Assembly (NCBI GenBank): GCA_043748745.1
Contig: JAYVEQ010000018.1
Location: 27,022-91,021, forward strand
Source of the DNA: Chitinophagaceae bacterium
GTDB taxonomy: Bacteria > Bacteroidota > Bacteroidia > Chitinophagales > Chitinophagaceae
Direction of reading: 5' to 3'
DNA length: 64,000 nt
Positions 18,499-26,804 of the stretch are shown here, piece by piece. How positions within the stretch are numbered: position 1 is the first letter of the stretch; each line of letters starts with the position of its first letter. A model generated the notes under the pieces. The model was not told where the DNA came from, made no database searches, and worked only from the letters and a program-made list of their open reading frames with translations. Made by a program: the position numbers and the translations under genes.

Positions 18499-19434
18499 AT
18501 GAAAAAAATTACAACTCTTTCCTGCATTATTTTAATGCTATCCGCATCTGTTGAAAAAGCCTCGGCTCAATATTATTTTTATGATGATAAATATTACGAC
18601 AGCCCGCTATTGTTTGAACTTGGGGCATCTGTTGGAGCTATGAACTGTTTAACAGATTTGGGTGGTAGAAAAGGTATAGGTAAAAAGTTTATTAAAGACT
18701 TAAATTTAGGCAAAACCCAATTAGCCGGCAGTATTTACCTGAGCGCCCTTTATAAAAATGCCATAGCAGTAAGGCTGGAAGCTACTTTTGGGCAGGTAAC
18801 TGCTGATGATAAGGTATTGGAAAAAGTTGCTCCTTCTACTTTTGGCCGTTACGAGCGTAACCTCAGCTTCAAATCCAAGATCACAGAATTTATGCTGGCA
18901 ACCGAAATTCATCCTTTATTTATTATTAATAAGTATGATGAAGAAAAACAGGCACCAAGATATTCTCCATACCTTCTGGTTGGTGTTGGCTTTTTCTCTT
19001 TTAAACCTCAGGCAAAATTAGGCGACAAATGGGTTGACCTGCAGCCTTTGAGTACAGAAGGACAGGGATTTAATGAGTATCCAGACAGGAAACCTTATAA
19101 ATTAAACCAGATAAATATCCCACTTGGTCTGGGTATTAAATATGAATTGACTTCAAACTTAAATCTCAGGGGAGAATTTGTTTACAGGGTTTTAAGTACC
19201 GATTACCTTGATGATGTAAGTACAAATTATATTGACCCCAATTTATATGCAAATTATTTTACCGGTGCCAGATTGACCAATGCTTTATTATTAAATGACC
19301 GTCAATATGAGTTGATGCCATCGCATGTTACTAATGCCGGAGATCAACGGGGTAATCCAAAAAATAATGATGCCTACTTTACTTTCAATATTAAAATTGG
19401 TTACAATTTTGGAAGAGAAAGAATAAAAAGATAA
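18499..19434 (+). CDS. outer-membrane beta-barrel protein, function unknown
   Basis: Signal peptide ending ASAQ, followed by alternating amphipathic strands. Confidence 0.6.
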   Translation: MKKITTLSCIILMLSASVEKASAQYYFYDDKYYDSPLLFELGASVGAMNCLTDLGGRKGIGKKFIKDLNLGKTQLAGSIYLSALYKNAIAVRLEATFGQVTADDKVLEKVAPSTFGRYERNLSFKSKITEFMLATEIHPLFIINKYDEEKQAPRYSPYLLVGVGFFSFKPQAKLGDKWVDLQPLSTEGQGFNEYPDRKPYKLNQINIPLGLGIKYELTSNLNLRGEFVYRVLSTDYLDDVSTNYIDPNLYANYFTGARLTNALLLNDRQYELMPSHVTNAGDQRGNPKNNDAYFTFNIKIGYNFGRERIKR

Positions 19435-19454
19435 AAAGAAATATTTTAGTAAAA

Positions 19455-19491
19455 AGCCCTTCTAAAAATAATGGAAGGGCTTTCTTTTTTT
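19455..19491. terminator. bidirectional terminator between convergent genes
   Basis: agcccttc (19455-62) / gaagggct (19474-81), with an A-run before and a T-run after. Confidence 0.75.
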
Positions 19492-19513
19492 CGTTAAAAT
19501 TTATGCTACTGTT

Positions 19514-21370
19514 TTATAACATTTTTCTAATTTCATCAACCAGTTCGCCTTTGGTAATTGGTATCCCCATTATTTTGTTATAAGGCTTAGCATCTACAAA
19601 ATAGACATCCCTGATTATCCTTACCAACTGGCCATTATTAATTTCAGGTACCAAAACTGAATCGAAATTTTTCAGAATGTCTCCTAAATTTTTAGGGAAA
19701 GGCCGGATATAACGCAGGTGGGCATGAGATACCGCATGCCCTTCCTTTTGCAATTCGGCACAGGCACTTTTAATAGAACCATATGTACTGCCCCATCCTA
19801 ATATTAAAACTTTACCTGTTTTAGCTCCACTGTCCAATTGCTGTTCCGGTATATAATCTGCTATCATATCAACTTTAGCCTGCCTGGTTTTAACCATGTG
19901 CTGGTGGTTTTCCGGCTCATAATTTATATTACCAGTTACATCCTGTTTTTCCAATCCACCAACACGATGCTCTAATCCCGGTGTACCGGGTATGGCCCAT
20001 GGACGAACGAGTTTTTCATCTCTTTTATAAGGCTGAAATTTACCCGTCTCATCCATATTGCCCGAAAAATTCTGGGAGGCAAATTGTGTTTTTATTTCAG
20101 GGAGATCAGCTGAAACCGGAAATTTCCATGGCTCTGCTCCATTAGCAATATAACCATCACTTAAAAACATAACCGGAGTCATATGTTGCACCGAAATTCT
20201 TACTGCTTCATACACGGCATTAAAACAATCGCTTGGTGTTGATGCAGAAACTATTGGCATTGGACATTCTCCATTTCTGCCGTAGTATGCCTGCATCAGG
20301 TCACTTTGTTCTGTTTTTGTTGGTAAGCCGGTTGATGGACCACCTCTTTGAATGTTTATAATGATTAATGGGATTTCCAGCATTACAGCCAAACCCATTG
20401 CTTCGCCTTTTAAAGCAATGCCCGGGCCGCTGCTTGTTGTTACCGCCAAACTACCACCATAACTGGCGCCAATGGCCGATGTAATGGCAGCAATTTCATC
20501 CTCAGCCTGAAAAGTTTTAATACCAAAAGATTTATACTTGCTTAACTCATGTAAAATATCACTGGCCGGTGTAATGGGGTAACTACCCAAAAATAATTGC
20601 AGCCCGCTTTTTTGAGAAGCTGCAATTAAACCATAAGCCACTGCCTGGTTTCCCATAATAGACCGATAAGTACCCGGATCCATTTTGGCTTTTTCAACTG
20701 TATACCTGGTGGTAAAGGTTTCCGTAGTATCGCCATAATTATAGCCCGCCTGCAATGCTTTTACATTACTTTCAAATATCTCTGGTTTTTTGCCAAATTT
20801 TTCTTTAATGAAGCCAATAGTACTTTCCATATCACGGTTATACATCCAGTACAAAAAACCAAGTACAAACATATTTTTTGCCCGGTCCTTTTCTTTCACC
20901 CCCATCGTAATATCTTTCAATGCTTCCCTGGTCATCTTGGTTACATCCATTCTTATTACTTCGTAATTGCTAAGACTTTCATCCAGCAATGGATTAACCC
21001 CTTCCGGGTAGTTGGCCAACCTTAAATTCCTGGCATCAAAACCATCTTCATTGGCAATAATTCTACCGCCTGGCTTCAGGGCAATCAAATTTGTTTTTAA
21101 TGCTGCCGCATTCATGGCTACCAATACATCACAGGCATCACCCGGTGTAAATACCCGGTCAGATGAAAACCTGAGTTGGTATCCGCTAACGCCCGGCAGT
21201 GTACCTATCGGGGCCCTGATCTCTGCCGGAAAATCCGGAAAAGTAGCCAAATCAATACCCAACATAGCTGTGTTATTGGTAAACTGGCTGCCGGTTAACT
21301 GCATACCATCACCACTATCACCTGCAAATTTTATTACTACATCATTAAGTACTTCTTGCTTAGTATTCAT
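19514..21370 (-). CDS. korA: 2-oxoglutarate/2-oxoacid:ferredoxin oxidoreductase alpha subunit (fused gamma-alpha type)
   Basis: N-terminal VIKFAGDSGDGMQLTG (gamma-like domain), then GSYPITPASDILHEL and SSGPGIALKGEAMGLA, typical of KorA/OorA. Confidence 0.85.
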   Translation of the reverse strand: MNTKQEVLNDVVIKFAGDSGDGMQLTGSQFTNNTAMLGIDLATFPDFPAEIRAPIGTLPGVSGYQLRFSSDRVFTPGDACDVLVAMNAAALKTNLIALKPGGRIIANEDGFDARNLRLANYPEGVNPLLDESLSNYEVIRMDVTKMTREALKDITMGVKEKDRAKNMFVLGFLYWMYNRDMESTIGFIKEKFGKKPEIFESNVKALQAGYNYGDTTETFTTRYTVEKAKMDPGTYRSIMGNQAVAYGLIAASQKSGLQLFLGSYPITPASDILHELSKYKSFGIKTFQAEDEIAAITSAIGASYGGSLAVTTSSGPGIALKGEAMGLAVMLEIPLIIINIQRGGPSTGLPTKTEQSDLMQAYYGRNGECPMPIVSASTPSDCFNAVYEAVRISVQHMTPVMFLSDGYIANGAEPWKFPVSADLPEIKTQFASQNFSGNMDETGKFQPYKRDEKLVRPWAIPGTPGLEHRVGGLEKQDVTGNINYEPENHQHMVKTRQAKVDMIADYIPEQQLDSGAKTGKVLILGWGSTYGSIKSACAELQKEGHAVSHAHLRYIRPFPKNLGDILKNFDSVLVPEINNGQLVRIIRDVYFVDAKPYNKIMGIPITKGELVDEIRKML

Positions 21371-21473
21371 CGTATCTTTTATTGTACGGCGAAGTTAACA
21401 TTTTACCAAATTGAAAAAACATAACATTTATCATATTTTATGTCAGTAAAACCACAATTTGAAATTAATAAAT

Positions 21474-21481
21474 TAGGTTTG
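21474..21481 (+). promoter_or_regulatory. candidate Bacteroidota -7 box (TAnnTTTG)
   Basis: TAGGTTTG, 15 nt upstream of the ATG at 21496. Confidence 0.3.
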
Positions 21482-21495
21482 TCCAAAAAATTTGA

Positions 21496-22623
21496 ATGTA
21501 CGACCTGTATGATTTTTTAAATCCTGTTTCCATACATGAGCTGAATGAAGATAATGGATATACAGATGGACAACTGGCCAAGCATATTGCCGTTTATGAA
21601 AACGAACTGCCAGATATTACAGATGCTGATATTATATTGGTTGGTATAAATGAAAATCGGGGTAGTGGAATTTTTGATGAACCAGAGAATGCCGCAGACT
21701 CCATCCGTAAACAATTATATCAATTACACTACTGGCATACAGAAATAAAGATTGCTGATATTGGTAATATAAAAACTGGTGCTGCTTTAAACGACAGTTA
21801 CGCCGCTGTAAAAACCGTTTTAGCCGAATTGCTGCGAATGAAAAAAACAGTTGTAATTCTTGGTGGATCACATGATATAACATTGGCGCAATATTTTGCA
21901 TATAAAGAACTTCAGTTAGTTGTTGAAGCAACATGTATTGATGCAAACATAAACCTGAAAGGTGAAAACCCTTTACGCAGCGAAAATTTTTTACTGGAAA
22001 TGCTTACCGGCGAACCGAACCTGGTTAAGCATTATAACCATATCGGTTTTCAAAGTTATTTTGTTCATCCACGTATGCTGGAAACCATGGATAAGCTTCG
22101 TTTTGACTGCTACCGGGTGGGTGCTACAAAAGAAAATCTGGAAGAAATGGAACCTGTTTTACGCAATACCCATTTACTCAGTTTTGATATCAGTGCCATT
22201 AAATACAGCGATTCGCCGGCGAGCAGGCAAAGCCCGAATGGTTTTACCGGCGAAGATGCCTGTACCCTTGCAAGGTTTGCCGGTATGAGTAATAATATAA
22301 ACAGTTTTGGTATTTACGGTTACCGGCCCCAGCTTGATATAAATGATTTAAGTGCCAAACAGATTTCGCAAATGCTTTGGTATTTTATTGATGGAAAAAG
22401 CAGGAGCAAGCAGGAAGCTTCCATTGATGACCGGCATAATTTTAATGAATACCATACTACTTTCACAGAAGTGGAATCCATCTTTTTACAAAGTAAAAAA
22501 ACGGGCCGCTGGTGGTTGCAATTGCCTAATAAAAAATTCATAGCCTGCAGTTACAATGATTATGTGCATGCCAGCCAGAATGAAATACCGGAAAGATGGC
22601 TGAGGGCGCAAGAACGAAATTGA
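21496..22623 (+). CDS. arginase/formimidoylglutamase-fold protein with atypical metal-ligand positions
   Basis: ILGGSHDIT, CIDANINL and LSFDISAIKYSDSP...GFTGED align by eye with the GGDHS, DAHxD and SxDxDxxDP ureohydrolase motifs. Confidence 0.7.
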   Translation: MYDLYDFLNPVSIHELNEDNGYTDGQLAKHIAVYENELPDITDADIILVGINENRGSGIFDEPENAADSIRKQLYQLHYWHTEIKIADIGNIKTGAALNDSYAAVKTVLAELLRMKKTVVILGGSHDITLAQYFAYKELQLVVEATCIDANINLKGENPLRSENFLLEMLTGEPNLVKHYNHIGFQSYFVHPRMLETMDKLRFDCYRVGATKENLEEMEPVLRNTHLLSFDISAIKYSDSPASRQSPNGFTGEDACTLARFAGMSNNINSFGIYGYRPQLDINDLSAKQISQMLWYFIDGKSRSKQEASIDDRHNFNEYHTTFTEVESIFLQSKKTGRWWLQLPNKKFIACSYNDYVHASQNEIPERWLRAQERN

Positions 22624-22671
22624 TTTGGAGATGAATTAATTTGGTAATTTGTAATGAAGTAAATTTAAGCA

Positions 22672-24089
22672 ATGAAACTTCAACATTTATTATTCCGTGT
22701 TCCTTGTTCTTTATTCTTATTTGCTTCCTGCTCTGTATCCAAACAAATATCCAAACAGGCCAATACCATTTTATTAAATGATACCGCAATAAGTAAGGGC
22801 CATATCGGCATCAGCATTTACGAACCCGCAACAAATACATACTGGTATAATTATAATGCCACAAAATATTTTGTGCCGGCAAGCAATACTAAGCTGTTTA
22901 CACTGTATGCAGGGATGAAATATTTAGGGGATAGTTTGGTGGGGTTAAGGTATATAAATAAGGATTTTTATTCAATCTATCTCTTACCAACTGGTGATCC
23001 AACTTTTTTAAATCCTGAATTCAGAAATCAACCTGTCTTTGATTATTTTTTAAAAAAAAAAAGGAGTTAATTTTTGTTGATGTCAATTCAAAGTTTGAGC
23101 ATTTGGGGAACGGATGGGCATGGAATGATTATAATGATGACTACATGGTAGAGAGGAGCGTTTTCCCAATTTATGGCAATGTGTTTACTTTTTTTACCCG
23201 GAACAACCGTGTTTTAAGTATTCCTTACTTAAAACCTCAGAATTTCACTCTTCGAATCGCAGGCATTAAATATTACGATAGCATAAGATATTCTGTGGAC
23301 ATCGATTCAGGTTTTTTAAAAAGAAACTATGCCTCAAACAGGATGGATATCATAGAGACTGGCAATAAATTTGTTTCACAAAAAATACCTTTTCATGTTA
23401 ATTATTCAGAAATAAAAAAATGGCTTAGAGATACTGTTGCAGCCAGTGCTTCTAATGAGTATGATATCTACGGGTTACAAGAGGGTTCATATTTGTATGA
23501 TGAAAAAGAAAAAAAGATTACTGATGTATTCCGCCCTGAGACTTCAATAAACAATCCTTTATTCAATATCATCCACTCCCAACCCTCTGACTCCCTTTTT
23601 AAACCCATGATGCACCGCAGCGATAATTTTTTTGCAGAGCAAACCTTATTGATGGTAAGCAATGAGCATTTAGGTTATATGAATGATGAAAAAATTATTG
23701 ATACCTTATTAAAACTGGATTTAAAAGATGTGCCTCAAAAACCAAAATGGGTTGATGGCAGCGGCCTGAGCCGGTACAATTTATTTACGCCGCAATCTTT
23801 TGTGTACATTTTAAATAAAATGAGAACCGAATTTGGCTGGGACAGGTTAAAAAACATCCTCCCCACCGGCGGTGCCGGAACCTTATCTGCTTATTATAAA
23901 AATGACAGTGGTTTTATTTATGCTAAAACCGGTACACTAAGCAATAATTGTGCTTTAAGTGGCGTTTTAATTACCCAAAATGGAAAATTGTTGATTTTTT
24001 CGGTTTTAGCCAATAATTACCAAACGGGGGCTACACCCGTAAGAAAAGCAGTAGAAAAATTTTTACTTGATATAAGGACTAAATATTAA
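22672..24089 (+). pseudogene. dacB: PBP4-type D-alanyl-D-alanine carboxypeptidase/endopeptidase (peptidase S13), frame broken at an A11 run
   Basis: ORF 22672..23070 carries ASNTK (SxxK). ORF 23103..24089 carries GWAWNDY, HRSDNF (SxN) and AKTGT (KTG). The second frame is open back to 23043, and the two frames meet only in the A-run 23052..23062. Confidence 0.8.
23052..23062 (+). repeat. A11 homopolymer at the dacB frame junction
   Basis: Counted directly: positions 23052-23062 are all A. Confidence 0.95.
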
Positions 24090-24179
24090 TAATTTTATAC
24101 CTCAGGCAACAGATTCTTTACATGCCGTATCTCTATATTAACTGAAACCTACATATCCCAGAACCTTAAAACATTTTTT

Positions 24180-26612
24180 ATGAAAAAATTTTTTACGCTT
24201 TTATGGCTTACCATTACAGCCTTTACTTTTAAAGCAACAGCACAACCAGGTACAACCTGCAATGCTGAATTCTCCGTACAATTCATCAACAATTACACGG
24301 TAAAATTCAACCCGGTTATGACTGACTCGCCATTTGTTCATCATTACTGGAACTTTGGCGATGGCAGTACTGTAAATCAGTTGGTTTCACCAACACACAC
24401 TTATGTTTTGCCCGGTACCTATACTGTTGTTCATTACGTTGTGAGAGTAAATGCCAATGGTGGAACTGTATGCACTCAATACTTTACAAAACTGGTAACC
24501 ATATTACAGGAATGTACACTTGTTGTAGACTTCAGCTGGAATACGGTTGCTGCTGTACCATTAACAATAGCATTTCATAATCTTTCGGTACCGCTGGCTA
24601 CTAATGATTCTATAACCTGGCAGTTTGGAGATAATACGATTTCACACGATGTTAACCCTACACATACTTATGCCACTGCAGGAACTTATAATGTATGTTT
24701 AATTGTGAAGAAATATCCTAATCCGAACTCTGCACCATGTATAAGGTATACCTGTAAACAGGTTATTGTACAAACTCCCCCATGTAACCTTGTTGTTGAC
24801 TTTAACTGGACCGTTACGCAAACCAATCCGTTAAGAATTGAGTTTCATAATTTAACTACAAATTTAGCTACAACTGATTCTATCAGGTGGACATTTGGAG
24901 ACGGATCATCTTCATCACAAATTAACCCGGTTCATACTTATAATGTAGCCGGCACTTATACCGTTTGTTTAAGAATTATCAGATATAATTCCGGTACAAC
25001 ACCTTGCATCAGGGAAATCTGCAAAACTATTGTTATTCCTCAGCCTTGTAACCTGGTTGTTGACTTTAGCTGGACCGCTACTGCAACCAATCCATTAAGA
25101 ATTGAGTTTCATAATTTAAGTGTGCCACTAGCCACTACAGATTCTACCATTTGGAGTTTTGGAGATAATACGATTTCACACGATGTTAACCCGGTACATA
25201 CTTATGCCAATGCAGGAACTTACAATGTTTGTTTGATCGTTAAAAAATATCCTTATCCAAACTCTGCCCCTTGTATAAGGTATATCTGTAAAACCATTGT
25301 TGTAGTTGCACCTTGTACATTAGTGGTTGATTTTAACTGGACGGTTACACAAACCAGCCCGTTAAGAATTGAGTTTCATAATTTAAGTACCCCATTAGCA
25401 AATACAGATTCCATACGCTGGACATTTGGTGATGGCTCAAGTTCTTCTGATGTTAACCCAGTTCATACTTATAATGTACCTGGTACTTATACTGTTTGTT
25501 TAAGAGTAAAGAAAAACAATGCAGGCTCTGCACCTTGTGTAAGAGAAATCTGCAAAACAATAGTTATTCCGCCTGTCTGCAATTTCCAGCCAAGCTTTAG
25601 CTGGCGCCTCGATTCCTTAAATCACAGGAAAGTATATTTTACAAACCTTACCGCACCACCAACTGCTGCTGCAACAGCAACATGGTTCTTTGGTGATGGT
25701 ACATCAGCTACTTCATGGAATGCTGTTCATGAATATGCTCAGCCGGGAAGATATAATGTTTGTCTTCGCATAGAACTGAATCCTAATTGTGTCAGGTATA
25801 CCTGTGATTCGGTTTACATTCCGGCCCCGGCACCAGCATGTACCGAACTGTCAAAATATCATTTTGAAAGATTCAGTAACGATTATCAGAAATATAAATT
25901 CACTCCTGATTATATCAATACAACCTTACAATATACCTGGACCTTTGGCGATGGTACCGGAAGTCATGACCCTGTTGCTATACACCGCTATGCACAACCC
26001 GGCATTTATATTGCCTGCTTAACTGTGTATCGTGGACCGGATTGTGCATCAACTACCTGTAAAGAAATAAGGGTGCAGGCACAGATCAATTGCGACAGTG
26101 TGCATGTATCGTATGTTTACCAGGCCGATCCGCAGGTTCCAAATAAAATACATTTTTATGCCAACAGCAATATTCCCATACTCGACCAAACCTGGACCAT
26201 TGCCAGGTTGCCCGCAGGTACTACAATAACCCTGCATCAAAATAATCCGACCTATTTATTCCATGATACGGGTTATTACAGGGTTTGTTTAAGAGCCATT
26301 ACCTTAGGCGGATGTATAAAAGAATTTTGCCGCATTATACACATTGAGCATATTGCAAATTTGTGTGAGTTGCAGGCATATCCAAATCCAACTTCAACAT
26401 TGATTAATGTGAATGTTACATTAACACAGGCTGAAATGATTAATGCATATGTTTATAACAACCTGAATGTTTTGGTAAGAGAAAAACACCAGCAGGGAGT
26501 TACCGGTAATAACCTCGTTACTATAACTGTTAATGACCTTGCTGCCGGATTGTATACAATTAAATTGATCTATGGAGACAGAACCTGCTATGCCAGGTTT
26601 CAAAAGCTATAA
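24180..26612 (+). CDS. PKD-repeat surface protein with T9SS C-terminal sorting domain
   Basis: Signal peptide, about 8 PKD-like modules (WxFGDG...HTYxxxGxYxVxL) and a C-terminal YPNPTSTLINVNV...GLYTIKLIYGDRTCYARFQKL. Confidence 0.85.
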   Translation: MKKFFTLLWLTITAFTFKATAQPGTTCNAEFSVQFINNYTVKFNPVMTDSPFVHHYWNFGDGSTVNQLVSPTHTYVLPGTYTVVHYVVRVNANGGTVCTQYFTKLVTILQECTLVVDFSWNTVAAVPLTIAFHNLSVPLATNDSITWQFGDNTISHDVNPTHTYATAGTYNVCLIVKKYPNPNSAPCIRYTCKQVIVQTPPCNLVVDFNWTVTQTNPLRIEFHNLTTNLATTDSIRWTFGDGSSSSQINPVHTYNVAGTYTVCLRIIRYNSGTTPCIREICKTIVIPQPCNLVVDFSWTATATNPLRIEFHNLSVPLATTDSTIWSFGDNTISHDVNPVHTYANAGTYNVCLIVKKYPYPNSAPCIRYICKTIVVVAPCTLVVDFNWTVTQTSPLRIEFHNLSTPLANTDSIRWTFGDGSSSSDVNPVHTYNVPGTYTVCLRVKKNNAGSAPCVREICKTIVIPPVCNFQPSFSWRLDSLNHRKVYFTNLTAPPTAAATATWFFGDGTSATSWNAVHEYAQPGRYNVCLRIELNPNCVRYTCDSVYIPAPAPACTELSKYHFERFSNDYQKYKFTPDYINTTLQYTWTFGDGTGSHDPVAIHRYAQPGIYIACLTVYRGPDCASTTCKEIRVQAQINCDSVHVSYVYQADPQVPNKIHFYANSNIPILDQTWTIARLPAGTTITLHQNNPTYLFHDTGYYRVCLRAITLGGCIKEFCRIIHIEHIANLCELQAYPNPTSTLINVNVTLTQAEMINAYVYNNLNVLVREKHQQGVTGNNLVTITVNDLAAGLYTIKLIYGDRTCYARFQKL
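24513..25580 (+). repeat. higher-order tandem duplication (A-B-A-B) of PKD module pairs, period about 534 nt
   Basis: Modules are aa 112-201 (A1), 202-289 (B1), 290-378 (A2) and 379-467 (B2). A1 and A2 share identical runs such as tttggagataatacgatttcacacgatgttaaccc. Confidence 0.85.
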
Positions 26613-26634
26613 TACAAGGGTTATTTAAAGTTAA

Positions 26635-26670
26635 AGGCTGCAACACTTCTGTTGCAGCCTTTTTTATTTT
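26635..26670 (+). terminator. Rho-independent terminator
   Basis: aggctgcaac / gttgcagcct stem with a 6-nt loop, followed by TTTTTTATTTT. Confidence 0.8.
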
Positions 26671-26683
26671 ATTACTAAAGGAT

Positions 26684-26787
26684 TGTCAGCCTAAGCTTGC
26701 CTTGCTCCGCCGCAGCGGCTACGCAAAGGCGAGTCGAAGCCAGGTTGTATTAAAAAGCATAACACCTTCGGCAAGCTCAGGCTCACA
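26684..26787. repeat. GC-rich 104-nt inverted-repeat (REP/MITE-like) element
   Basis: Arms tgtcagcctaagcttgcc (26684-26701) and ggcaagctcaggctcaca (26770-26787), 16/18 complementary. The interior holds ccgc/gcgg and ccttgc/gcaaagg sub-stems and stands out against AT-rich flanks. Confidence 0.6.
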
Positions 26788-26804
26788 TTTTTTTTATAGA
26801 TAAA

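Noticed and set aside
24513-25580. Regularly spaced ~270-nt repeats that could superficially suggest a repeat array.
   Set aside because: They are in-frame PKD protein modules within one long ORF. The repeat unit is far too long and there are no spacers, so this is not a CRISPR array.
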